The notes below the pieces were generated by a model. The model was not told the origin of the DNA, searched no databases, and saw only the letters and a list, made by a program, of their open reading frames with translations. This document shows positions 1 to 10,681 of a stretch of DNA of 64,000 bases, in pieces. The translations under genes were made by a program, and so were the position numbers. Each line of letters begins with the position of its first letter. Within the stretch, counting starts at the first letter, position 1. The stretch is from contig AP026167.1 of the NCBI GenBank assembly GCA_030295235.1, positions 682,001-746,000 on the forward strand, in the 5' to 3' direction. Source of the DNA: Fistulifera solaris. Taxonomy: Eukaryota.

Positions 1-153
1 CGACGCATGTTGAAAGGAACGAGTGCAAGCAGCATGTAAATTCGTTCATCAATCATCTATGCCGCTTCTACAATTGCACCGAGATGGCATACGCCCATTA
101 TTGTAAAATAAGATTCCCAAAATCACGGACCGAATGAAAATCTTGCATCTAGC

Positions 154-1908
154 TTATTTTAGATCTACAGGTAAACCCATTTTATCCAGACGATCTTCCA
201 ATGCTGTCTTCTGCTTCAACCCGTATTTGCGTTCGTCCCCTGGAAGGACCTTGCCCAACGTGCTGCCTTCCGCCCGGGCTAAATCCTCCGCATCGAGACC
301 CTGCTTAATAATTTGCTTTTCTAGTGCAGCAATCGTACGCTTCAGCAATCGCTTTTCATTTCTCCTGTGCCGAATAGCCATTCTTTGATTGTATGACAGA
401 AGTCGGAACAGACTTTTGTCTTTGATCAAAGCATTGTCTTCCTCCTCCGTTTGCGGATACTTTTTGAGCTGTCTCGTCACAGCTTCGATGACCGATGTCA
501 GCACCGCTGCTTCGTTGCCGGGAGAAATAGTTCTTGAGTAATCAAATGCATTCAGCGGCTTGCCGCGAGTATCATCGGGTGTCATCTGCATCAGTCTCAG
601 ATATTCAAGCATTTCGGTCGGATAACGATCCGCGTAGCACGGAAAGTCTACAGTATTGGCCCGACCTACGGATTCCAGAAATTGCAACTTTTCTTCAGCC
701 AAAGGATCTACCGGAATGTTTTCATCGTTCAACTCTTTGATAAACGAGGTTGTTCGAGGTGCAATGGAAACGGTGACATCGACGGAATTGAATGGATTAC
801 GCTCGACGGCAAATCCATACAACAATAGCAGTTCAGCGTTGGACTTAGGACCGTAGGAAATATAAATCTGTTCCATTCTACGGTACCCCCGGTCCGCATA
901 CAAGATGACTTCTTCGTCGCCATTCTTAAATAGCCAATCTCCGCTTTGACGGGCGTCGATGTACGCTTGTGAAAAGGGAGAATGATTGATCAAGTCGGCA
1001 TAAGGAACCAACGCTAAGGTTTCTCCCTGACTCAAGTTCCGCAGACGAATGGCCCTCGAGAAGAGCATGGTAAAGGCCCACGTCCAGTTTTCCAAAGTAA
1101 AATGCTCTTTAGGAAATCTTTCCGGAAATTTAGCTACCAAGCCGTTGTCACCTCCCAATAAAGCGTCGTATTCTCGTTTCAATTTCATTTGCAGGCTCTT
1201 CGTAGCAGCAATCACGGGCGATCCTTCTAAGAAAGCCAAATCGTCCTCACTCCAAGTAAAGGTAGGTGATACTTCATTCACTGTGGGCAATACATCGAGA
1301 TACGGCTTCCAGTACGACTGGTCGGCCATGACAAACTTTTCGAAAATCAAATGACACGCAATCGCCAGATATTCATTGATTTCACTCGGCAGCGCATCCT
1401 TCCCGAGTGCTTTGCGGGCATTCGCTTTCGTCATGCACATTTTCATAGGAATTTTCAACAATTCATCACCGTCATTAATGTCACGACGCGCCAAGAGTCC
1501 TCGACCCGATGACTCGTTCGTGATTTCATCTTTCGTGTCGGTACTGATCGCCATGGGATGGGGCGCTTCTCCCCACGATGACTGCTCCGACAAATACACA
1601 TCGCCTTCTTTTGAGAGCCACTGAACAAGATTCGCATTCGCACTGAGTTTGACGTCTCCTTGGCTTCCACCTTTCATGAGTCCTTTCATTTTCATTTCTT
1701 TTTCAAATGTGTCGATCGCTTCAAAACCACCCGTGTTCTCTCGCAAAGCTTTCGCCCATTCACTTTCGGAACCATCTCCTCCGGCCATGCTTATGCAAGT
1801 CGTCTTTAGTGAACGAACGACGGGACGAGAAAAGGCATTAACGAACAAACATGTTGTTGTTGAGGAAATTACAAGACATGTTGTGAGAAATGGACTGGGA
1901 TTCTTCAT
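154..1908 (-). CDS. Plastid-targeted SET-domain lysine methyltransferase, Rubisco LSMT-like
   Basis: 584-aa ORF. SET motifs GRGLLARRDI, LVPYADLINH and QIYISYGPKSNAELLLLYGF, followed by an LSMT substrate-binding-type C-terminus. Signal peptide ends VNA-F. Confidence 0.9.
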   Translation of the reverse strand: MKNPSPFLTTCLVISSTTTCLFVNAFSRPVVRSLKTTCISMAGGDGSESEWAKALRENTGGFEAIDTFEKEMKMKGLMKGGSQGDVKLSANANLVQWLSKEGDVYLSEQSSWGEAPHPMAISTDTKDEITNESSGRGLLARRDINDGDELLKIPMKMCMTKANARKALGKDALPSEINEYLAIACHLIFEKFVMADQSYWKPYLDVLPTVNEVSPTFTWSEDDLAFLEGSPVIAATKSLQMKLKREYDALLGGDNGLVAKFPERFPKEHFTLENWTWAFTMLFSRAIRLRNLSQGETLALVPYADLINHSPFSQAYIDARQSGDWLFKNGDEEVILYADRGYRRMEQIYISYGPKSNAELLLLYGFAVERNPFNSVDVTVSIAPRTTSFIKELNDENIPVDPLAEEKLQFLESVGRANTVDFPCYADRYPTEMLEYLRLMQMTPDDTRGKPLNAFDYSRTISPGNEAAVLTSVIEAVTRQLKKYPQTEEEDNALIKDKSLFRLLSYNQRMAIRHRRNEKRLLKRTIAALEKQIIKQGLDAEDLARAEGSTLGKVLPGDERKYGLKQKTALEDRLDKMGLPVDLK

Positions 1909-2133
1909 CGCTGTTGGTTCTCCACAAATGTCAATCGTTTGCGGTTATTTTTCGGCGAAATGGGGGGTCAAAGGAGTGATACCTTCTGCTTGCTTTGTTC
2001 TCTTTTGCTACAGAGCCAGCAATGCCTATATTTGGAGGAGCAAAAATAGAAGAAGTTTGGCTGTTGTTGTTTTGTTGTTGTAGTTGAAGTGAAAAAGCGG
2101 CCAGCAGCGACGTCGCTCCGGGAATGCGATTAT

Positions 2134-2141
2134 TGACGTCA
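2134..2141. promoter_or_regulatory. TGACGTCA palindrome (CRE / bZIP-aureochrome-type site) in the divergent promoter between the LSMT-like gene and NOP53
   Basis: Perfect TGACGTCA, with a second palindrome AGCGACGTCGCT at 2106-2117, in a 385-bp head-to-head gap. Function is inferred only. Confidence 0.3.
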
Positions 2142-2293
2142 GCGTCAACTTCATTCTCCCCCCTCGCTTTAGCCTGGCCTGCGACCGTAGCCTCTTTCGG
2201 ACAACCACCGAAACGCTGACGGAAGACGGAACAGATTTTTTTTCTTTTCTTTCATTATTTGAACTGTTCTTCCATTCGCCACAACATAGCACA

Positions 2294-3454
2294 ATGGGTA
2301 AGAAATTACAAGGAGCAGCTCTACGAGCGAAAAAGCGCGCCCGTGAGGCCGTTGAGGCGATGCAGGAACGGCAAGCCGAGGCCGCGGAATCGTTAGCCCA
2401 TCAACCCGATGAAGCGTTGTTTGTTGTCGACAAGACCGGAAAAGAAACATTGAGTCAGCCCAAACGACAAAAGAAAGAGCTGTCAAAAACACAGAACAAG
2501 AAAAGCGACGAAGAGCAGGTGCAAAAATTGATCGAACGACACAACAACGACGCGGAAAAATTAGCGCAATTGGCCGCTCAAGGCAAATCCGATGCCTCTC
2601 AAAAGCGTCTGATTCGGCGATCACTCAAAGGATTAACCGAGGCAAAATTTGATCTATGGAATAGTAACGAAAGCGAGAAAGTCAATTCTAGGTCGAAAAG
2701 TAAAACGCCAATCAGTGGAGTAGCGGTGGACGTGGCCAAATCCGGGCAATCTTATTGCCCCGATCCTACGGCACATCGAAAAGTGGTGGAGAATGCAATT
2801 CACGTAGAAAAAGCACGCAATGCAGCGGTCCTATACCGAGATACGCCTCAAGAAGGCATGTCGGAAGAAACGAGGGCACTTTTGATTTATGATAGTGATA
2901 CGGATGAGGATGAGGAAGGAAATGATGGTAAAGGAACCCTGGCAGTCGGCAAGATTCCCAAACGCACCGACAAAAAGACACGAGCACAACGCAACAAAGA
3001 AAAGCGTCTTCGTCGCGAACATGCCGAATTGCAAAGTAGAAGAAAAGAAAAGAAGCTTTTGGGACAAGTGGGAGAAATTGGTCGTTATCGAAAAGAAATC
3101 AAGCAGCATGAGAAGCACCGACAGGAACTCAAAAGCAAGATTGAGCAAACAAAGGCTGCTGAAAAGCCCAAGGGCGCTGATTTACACGAAAAGTTGAGTC
3201 AAGAAGACCCTATTCGAGCACCCACACTTCCCGTGGCCTTGCCGTCCGAAGTCAGTGGTGGAGTGAGTCTCCGCGCGTTGAAACCGAAGGGCAACTTGGC
3301 CGCGGAACGGCAAGCCAGTCTCTATGATCGTAACCTGGTCCCGAAACCCACCAACAATACCGTACATTGTCGTGGCAAGAAACGAAAAAAGAGTTTGAAG
3401 GGCGCAAGAAACAAGGTGGGTGTGGATGGATATGTGATAGACATTAAAGGCTAA
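2294..3454 (+). CDS. NOP53: Ribosome biogenesis protein Nop53/GLTSCR2
   Basis: 386-aa basic ORF with LFVVDKTG, GQSYCPD...H, KKTRAQRNKEKR and SLRALKPKGNL...R motifs. Confidence 0.88.
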   Translation: MGKKLQGAALRAKKRAREAVEAMQERQAEAAESLAHQPDEALFVVDKTGKETLSQPKRQKKELSKTQNKKSDEEQVQKLIERHNNDAEKLAQLAAQGKSDASQKRLIRRSLKGLTEAKFDLWNSNESEKVNSRSKSKTPISGVAVDVAKSGQSYCPDPTAHRKVVENAIHVEKARNAAVLYRDTPQEGMSEETRALLIYDSDTDEDEEGNDGKGTLAVGKIPKRTDKKTRAQRNKEKRLRREHAELQSRRKEKKLLGQVGEIGRYRKEIKQHEKHRQELKSKIEQTKAAEKPKGADLHEKLSQEDPIRAPTLPVALPSEVSGGVSLRALKPKGNLAAERQASLYDRNLVPKPTNNTVHCRGKKRKKSLKGARNKVGVDGYVIDIKG

Positions 3455-3491
3455 GCATGAAGCAGTACAATCCACATATTTTTTCTTTTTA

Positions 3492-4232
3492 CTAGCTAGT
3501 TATATCTTGAGAGTTATTCTCTCCGGCAGCTTGTCTCACGATATCTTGTACTTGTAAAATGAAATCAATTTGGCTTTTAATACCGAGTTGATTACCCCAT
3601 ATCTGGAAGGCTAACAATTGTTTCCGCCGATCCTCGGACAATAACGGAGTCTCAAGAATTGCCAAGCGAAGAGCTGCTATCGCCAATACATCTGCCTCTT
3701 GCTGTAGAGCTTCGACCGAGAAGATTGTATCATTTAGCTTTCGAAACGCTCTCTGAGCCACTTCCCTACACTCTTTGCGGTCCTTTTCGTCGTTGTCGGC
3801 CGATAAACCAAGCAAAATCGCCACAATCGCTCGATGTGGACGCGATACGGTAATATCGAATTCCAACCAGCGCAAAACAATCTGTTCGGTTCGCACAAGT
3901 TTCTTCTTATCCTCCCAATAGGCATCGTCTAGATCCGGTAGTGGTCGTTGTTGCATCAAGTAGGCACAATTGATAAAATCACGGAGTCGACAGGGTTCTT
4001 CTTCCCGCTTGCAAGCTAGTAGCAAGCAGGAAGTTATGATCCAAGTGTCTATAATATTTTGATTCGTCTCTTGGGAAGCTATTTTGAAACGATGCAACAA
4101 CACAGATGCCGTAAACGTCGTTTCGACGGATAATTGTAAAATGCGAGAGGATTGTACCAGTTGATGCAGCAAAGGACGCAATTCTCGGTTGTGCTTTTCT
4201 TGCAGATCTTTGGTCAATCTCAGTTCTCCCAT
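3492..4232 (-). CDS. Cyclin L-like protein (cyclin N-terminal fold)
   Basis: Motifs TASVLLHRF, SCLLLACKREEEPCRLRDFIN and EQIVLRWLEFDITVSRPH. Start may instead be at 4265. Confidence 0.8.
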   Translation of the reverse strand: MGELRLTKDLQEKHNRELRPLLHQLVQSSRILQLSVETTFTASVLLHRFKIASQETNQNIIDTWIITSCLLLACKREEEPCRLRDFINCAYLMQQRPLPDLDDAYWEDKKKLVRTEQIVLRWLEFDITVSRPHRAIVAILLGLSADNDEKDRKECREVAQRAFRKLNDTIFSVEALQQEADVLAIAALRLAILETPLLSEDRRKQLLAFQIWGNQLGIKSQIDFILQVQDIVRQAAGENNSQDITS

Positions 4233-4370
4233 TGGAGATTGCAACGTTAAAGAATGTGAATGCATCGTCCAAAAGAGGCTGAAGCGATCTTTTTATATGG
4301 AATACCAAACCAGGTAGCAATAGAGAGGAAAATTGTGGCATGCGGAGCCGTTTTGCATAATTGCCTAAAC

Positions 4371-4492
4371 TCCAGAAATTCTGGTTCCGGTTGTTTCGTA
4401 TTACAGAAATTCTGTGTACATTCCAGAAATTCCGGAGACGGTGTAGTCCATCATTTCAACAAACAGAAATTCTGCGTACTTTCCAGAAATTC
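4371..4492. repeat. Cluster of five CAGAAATTC motifs, including a 30-bp imperfect direct repeat with 60-bp period
   Basis: ACAGAAATTCTGTGTACATTCCAGAAATTC (4403-4432) versus ACAGAAATTCTGCGTACTTTCCAGAAATTC (4463-4492). Confidence 0.7.
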
Positions 4493-4976
4493 GTGAGAAA
4501 TTACTGTTTCAAATATTACTCTAACCCAATGTGTAGGCGACCCTTTGCAAGACTGGAAGTCAGTCATGATTCACCATTCCTTTTTATTGCAATAATTCAC
4601 GGTGCTTGTTTCGCATCAACAATGGCCACTTTCTTCTCTGAGTTGGTGCATTTTTGCTGAGCTTTCTCTCTGTACACACCAACGTGTCGTTATTATGAAT
4701 TGTGAACGTCCAGATTGTTTGTTTTTGCCTGCGCAGGCGATAACCGTTAACCGATAACCTTATTGGGTATACCAGCTACTGAGCTAATACGTACTTTGAA
4801 ATGCTGCCTCTTTGCCTATCATTCCAAGTACCGGTACGGTACCTGGTACCTGGTACTGTACTATTACAAAGTATCTCTCCACTCGTCCTGGAGAAAACCA
4901 AGGTGAAGTGATGCGATTCAAAAACAATTGCGAAAGTGATACAATACTTATAACAACATCTTTAATTACGCAAAAA

Positions 4977-5998
4977 ATGGAAGGACCCGCATTTGAGGCA
5001 ACGCCTCCACACAAGAAATTGCGCGGCAGTAATGGAGCGATCGTCGTGCATACCGAAGCACCCGAAATCCGATCGTCCTCTTTACCGTCGTCAACTCTTC
5101 TTTTGACAGGACACACTGGATCGGTATACGCACTACAATATTCTCCCAACGGCCAAACACTCTGTTCGACATCGTTTGATATGAATTGCTTGTTGTGGAA
5201 TCACCAAAGCAACGAAGACATTCACGAAAGTTATCACAATTACAATGTCCTGTCGGGTCACAAGAACGCCGTTTTGGATTGTCACTGGTGCGATGACGAA
5301 ACGATTGTGACATGCAGTGCCGACAAAACGGTACAACTCTGGGACGCCAACACGGCCACGCGATTGCGCAAATGGCAGCAACACACCGGGATTGTCAATG
5401 CGTGTGACACGGCGTCGGAACAAACTGTCGTGTCGGCCAGTGACGATGGTCTCTGTTTGTGGTGGGATCGGCGACAAAAATCGGCCATTGGTGAATTAAT
5501 GTCGGACTATCCGGTCACGGCGGTCGCGGCGGATGCCTTGCACGTGTACGCGGCGGGGATGGAGAATATGATTTATTGTTGGGATTTACGACAACAAGCC
5601 AAAGTGTACGGAATGAAAGGTCACACGGATTTGATTACGTGTCTCGCACTTCATCCTGAAGGGACTCATCTACTGAGCAATAGTATGGATCATTCGTTGC
5701 GTTCGTGGGATATTCGACCCTTCGTCGCCGGCAAGAATCGGCATTGCAAAACATTTGTGGGTCACAAACACAATGCTGAGAAAGGTTTACTCAAATGCAG
5801 TTGGTCTCGTGATGGGAGTATGGTAACGGCTGGATCTGCCGACAAGATGGTACATATCTGGGATGAGTTCTCGACAGAAGAATTGTATCTTTGCCAGGTC
5901 ACAAAGGATGTGTCAATACCGTCGTCTTTCATCCTCATGAAAATGTGATTGCTTCGGGGGCCAGTGATAAGCAAATATTTGTAGGGGAGCTGTCGTAA
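4977..5998 (+). CDS. SNRNP40: U5 snRNP 40-kDa WD40 protein (one frameshift at ~5890)
   Basis: WD40 repeats with LSNSMD..LRSWDIRPF and HNAEKGLLKCSWS. The last repeat, LPGHKGCVNTVVFHPHENVIASGASDKQIFVGELS*, continues in a shifted frame after a T-run. Confidence 0.9.
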
Positions 5999-6264
5999 CG
6001 AGTGATAATTGTCTTGAACGTTGGACTGACTAGCTATCGAACATGTGATGAGAACAGAAAACGTCAATCGCCCTAGAGATATGGGTAGATTAGCATTTAG
6101 TGCGGCGTAACGGACGGTATCTAAAACAATCTCTCTTCTTTCCTTTCCCAAAAGAAAATTTATCAAACCATGAACCACAATTACGGCGGCCCAAGGTCGT
6201 CATTCCAAAGAACGTGAGAATGGCTGTGAAAGTAATTCTGTTACACTGCCCACCAGCTACTTAA

Positions 6265-6555
6265 TTATTTGCTGTTCTTGGTCGTTTCCTGGACTGGTTC
6301 AGGCTCCGGTTTCTTGTCATCTTTCGCTTCGCGTTCAAACTCAATCATCGACCAAACCCCCGTTCCTTTGAACTTGTCGGTCTTGCCCAAAGCGTACGAC
6401 GCCAAGTCGAATGTACTCTTGATAGATCAGTAAACGACCATGGTAGGAGCTGCTTCCAGTTGTGTTACAGTTGTGCGAGAAGAATAGGGTGATTGAGGGG
6501 TAAAAGCAGAAGCTGTTGACAAGACAAAGAGAATAGACGCAAGAGATGCTTTCAT
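6265..6555 (-). CDS. Small plastid-targeted protein (96 codons) containing an in-frame TGA at 6427-6429
   Basis: Presequence MKASLASILFVLSTASA-FTP. The frame continues after TGA as SIKSTFDLASYALGKTDKFKGTGVWSMIEFEREAKDDKKPEPEPVQETTKNSK*. Confidence 0.7.
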
Positions 6556-7093
6556 GTTTGTTATTTGCTGCGCTGGAGTTTTTTTTTTTAATGGGAGAGG
6601 AAAGGGAAAGCGCGGAATAATTGAGCGAAGAGAAAAAGGGGCAAATACCTGGTACTTGTAGTGCGAGTGCGCGGGGAAGCCTTGAACCTGTGTGTATTGC
6701 AAAATATCGTACCGGTATGTCGTTGGTCCACGTCACTCAACCGGACTATGGTTCGGGTGTACTTCAACACATAGGAACAATATTCCGTACGTCGTCCGAA
6801 AACGAGGTGACGCAATGCGCAATGTCGAACACGGATGTTGTTCTCGGACGTTGCCGAAAAAATGGCCAAGCAACGAACGAAGAAAACACAGAAGGAGGAG
6901 GCAAGTGTTGTCTTGTTGACAATCGAATGAAGGAGGAGAGCAGCAGCTACCAGGTAACCTTTGAATCGAGCCTCTTGTATTCGAGTGCAAAATCACTTTG
7001 AGGTTTCTGTTAGGCGCTACTTTGACGAGGCAAAGCAAAATCAACAATAAACGTTTGACCTTTCTCAGATTATACATTCTTTTTTACCACAAT

Positions 7094-9002
7094 ATGAAAA
7101 TTGTCACCATTCTCGTGAATGCGTTGCTCTTTCAATGCACCCAGTCCTTACAACTACCGATTCCTACAAGAGAAACGAGCACAACCAGTCGATATTCTGC
7201 TATATCATCGGATATTCCGTCATCGAATTCGGAAAGTGTCGAATTTCCTCCTCCTCTCAGCCCTGTCGAACGGTTGAAACGAGGTGCCACCTTCTGGTCC
7301 ACGGCGGTTCCGATCATCGCCAGTTATTATGGATTGATTAGTCGCATTAAATTGCAAGAACTCATTTTAGATAATCCCATGACACAAGAGGAAATCGAAA
7401 GTCTGTGGGATGCCCAACATCAAGATGGGGCCAAGAAACTGGCCGAAACAATTACACAATTGAAGGGATTTTACGTCAAGACAGCTCAGATTATTTCCAG
7501 TCGACAAGGTACGTCTTTATTTCGTCGGTCTCGTAGATTCGCTTCTGTTACTCAATAGGCACGATACTGCTGCAATCAGACCTCTTTCCCAAACAATACA
7601 CCGAAGCATTATCCGGTTTCACCGACAACTTGGATCCCATGCCGGCTAGCTTGGCCAAGGCTGTTATTGAATCCGAACTATTACATGCCGACGAAAAGTT
7701 TGAAGACATTTTTGTTGAATTCGACGAAACGCCACTAGGTTCGGCCAGTATCGCACAATGTCATAGAGCCGTCTTGACCGAAAAATACGGCGGCAAACAA
7801 GTGGCCGTCAAAATTCAACGACCATCGATTGAATCGAAACTGTTAGGGGACGTGGCCAACTTGGTAGCCATTACGAAAGCCTTTCGCGACAATCCAAATC
7901 TGCCACTCGATTATTACACCGTCTTTTCCGAATTGCAACGTCAGCTCGCGGACGAATTCGATTTTGTGGCCGAAGCCGTCGCGATGGATCGAATTTATTC
8001 GGCACTTTCTCGTGCACCGGATGGTTCTCCTCGGGAAATACCTCTCGTGTTGCCTCGTCCTGTGCGGGGGCTTATCAGTAAACGAGTTTTGGTCATGGAT
8101 TATTTGGATGGAGTTCCCTTGAGTCGTGCTAGAGAAGCCATGATTCAGAAAGGTATTGATCCAGAGTCTCCTCAAGCCAAGCTTTTTGGACGTAAATTGC
8201 TTTCTGCCTTGACCGAATCCTTCGGACGGAACATTCTCGAAACTGGATTCTTCCACGCCGAGTAAGTAGAGCTATAATGTGTATCAGGAACACTCTGGGC
8301 GGCATCTTCCCCTCACAATTTCACTTATCTTTCATTAGCCCACATCCTGGCAACATATTCGTTCTGAATGATGGACGTATAGGTCTAATAGATTTCGGGC
8401 AAGTTAAGCAAATCAATGGTAGAAATCGTGAGACGCTGTGCAAAGTAATGATTGCTCTTGCGGAGAGAGATGACAACGTTCAAAAAGACTTGGATCTTGT
8501 GGGCAAATTGGCGCTGGAGCTTGGGGTGGAACTGAATGAGAATGCAAAACCTGAAGCAGCAGCTGCCGTGGGGATTTGGCTGTTTGATGGCAGTGCGAAA
8601 ACACTTCCTGGTGGATATGACTTGGGTGAATTCGACCCAAACTCACCGGTCAAAGAATTGAAGTCATTCCCACAAGACTTGGTTCTTGTCGGAAGATCGT
8701 CAATTCTCATCAAAGGACTTTCCAGTCGATTAGGTATTCCGTGGAGTCTCGCGAAAGAATGGGCCCCCATTGCTAGGACTGTCCTCAACGGAGATGTAGC
8801 AGAAAAGTCGACATCGACAGAGTCAGGATCCGATAGCCGGGTACGCTTCAAGCATGTTGTAAAAGCTTTGAAACAGTGGAGCAAAGGTAGAGCCACGCGG
8901 CTGTTCCGCAAGCTTCCCCCCAAACTACAAACACGGGCTGCTTCCATCCTTTTGAAAATGGAAGAACGTAAGACTCGCCGAAATCTCCTGCTACGAAACT
9001 AA
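7094..9002 (+). CDS. ABC1/UbiB atypical kinase, 3 exons (introns 7509-7579 and 8262-8338)
   Basis: Motifs KGFYVKTAQIISSRQD, PLGSASIAQCH, VAVKIQRP, FFHADPHPGN and LIDFGQ. GT-AG introns restore the frame. Confidence 0.92.
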
Positions 9003-9434
9003 TTCCGGCACAAGCCATCTGCATACTAAACTACCTTCAAACAAGCGTTGACTTTTTGTGATATTGCTTTTAGTAACACTAGTTCCTATTACGTCCTTGG
9101 CCTTTGTTCATTATTTTATTTTATTACCATGTCATAGTCTTAGTCTCCAGTCTCCATCAGGTCTTATGACTAAACTTCCCCATTATTCATGACTCAAATA
9201 CAGTCGTGTTGAAAAACGACCAACACTTTGAGCATATACACGTAGTCAGGCTTAAATCTCGGTGACTTTGCCGAATAATCCCTGTACCGGTACATGGTAG
9301 ATTACTACTACAAATAATAATGTACTTTTTATGACCGCGATGAAGAAAACAAAACACAAAAATTGGCTCGAGATGTTCTTATTATTACATGATTGCTGTT
9401 GTTGTTATTATTCTCTCTGAGATTTCCCAATAGA

Positions 9435-10595
9435 ATGGTTCAATTGTATTCTTCGCTAGAGCAGGAGCAAGCCGGGTCTCGTAACAACAGCTCGGATGAT
9501 GATGAAATCGTTAGTAAATACTCGTGGGGACCAGGAGGATGGCTCCAGCTCTTTCTTTTCGAATTCAAAACATCGCGACGTGTTCGAGGATTCACTATAA
9601 GTGGCCTTTTGCTAGCACTGATTGTATTCATCTGGACTACACGAGAAATTGTAGAGGAAATCGAATATGAACTTCATATTTTCGAAAACAGAAACGAATT
9701 GAACGCAGCCGTCGACCAGTATCTGCTCAATGCTACGACCCTTCCTCCGATCCGTTACTGGAAAGTAGGAAAAGTAGAGGATTTTTCGTCGCTATTTGAA
9801 TCGGCTCAAGACTTCAATGAGGATATCAGTCAATGGGATACATCATCGGCGACATCGTTTCATTTCATGTTCCGAAACGCGCGTGTCTTCAACCAGAGTA
9901 TTGGAAGCTGGAACACCGAGCGAGTAGTCGACATGAGTGGCATGTTTCAAGGAACCGAGGCGTTCCATCAAGATTTGGGTCTGTGGCAAACAACGAGAGT
10001 TACAAATATGGCGCTCATGTTTGCTCGAACGGCACATTTCAACGGTGACATAAGTACATGGGACACTTCAAACGTGAAGAATATGGCCTCCATGTTTAGT
10101 CATGCTACCAAATTCAATGGAGACATTGGATCATGGCAGACGGGCCGTGTGACGGATATGTCGGCCATGTTTCTGGAGGCTGCCGTTTTTGATCGAAACA
10201 TTGGACGATGGAGTACTAGCTCGGTAGAAGACATGTCGGAAATGTTCGCCAACGCACGGTCGTTCAATCAAAATATCGGTTCATGGGATACATCCCGTGT
10301 GGAGAACTTCGATCTAATGTTTTTCGATGCCAAGTCATTCAATCAAGACATCTCTTCGTGGAATGTTCGGAGTGTGAACAGCAAGAACGGATACGGCTTT
10401 ATTAGTATGTTTGATGGTGCTACGCGATTTCGTCAGAATATGTGTCCTTGGAAAGATACTAGTTTTGCTGCCGCTACGGAATCATTGGAAGAAGAATGGC
10501 GCAAGCGCGCCACAGATGCGAATATGTTTACGAATACATCCTGTGCGTATCCGGATGATCCACCGACTAGCTTCTGTCGTAATTGTACGGAGTAA
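9435..10595 (+). CDS. Membrane-anchored DUF285/BspA-like repeat surface protein
   Basis: One TM segment, then ~25-aa repeats of the form FNxDIxxWxTSxVxxMxxMF. Confidence 0.88.
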   Translation: MVQLYSSLEQEQAGSRNNSSDDDEIVSKYSWGPGGWLQLFLFEFKTSRRVRGFTISGLLLALIVFIWTTREIVEEIEYELHIFENRNELNAAVDQYLLNATTLPPIRYWKVGKVEDFSSLFESAQDFNEDISQWDTSSATSFHFMFRNARVFNQSIGSWNTERVVDMSGMFQGTEAFHQDLGLWQTTRVTNMALMFARTAHFNGDISTWDTSNVKNMASMFSHATKFNGDIGSWQTGRVTDMSAMFLEAAVFDRNIGRWSTSSVEDMSEMFANARSFNQNIGSWDTSRVENFDLMFFDAKSFNQDISSWNVRSVNSKNGYGFISMFDGATRFRQNMCPWKDTSFAAATESLEEEWRKRATDANMFTNTSCAYPDDPPTSFCRNCTE

Positions 10596-10681
10596 AAAAT
10601 GGAGAGCAGAGGACAAACAGACAAATAGAAGGAAACTCATGAAAAAATACTAATAGGACATCATTGCCATGCTAAGAATTA

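Noticed and set aside
6427..6429. Genome-wide TGA-to-Trp reassignment
   Set aside because: TGA terminates other genes here (e.g. 27282, 41264, 49290) and Trp is encoded by TGG elsewhere.
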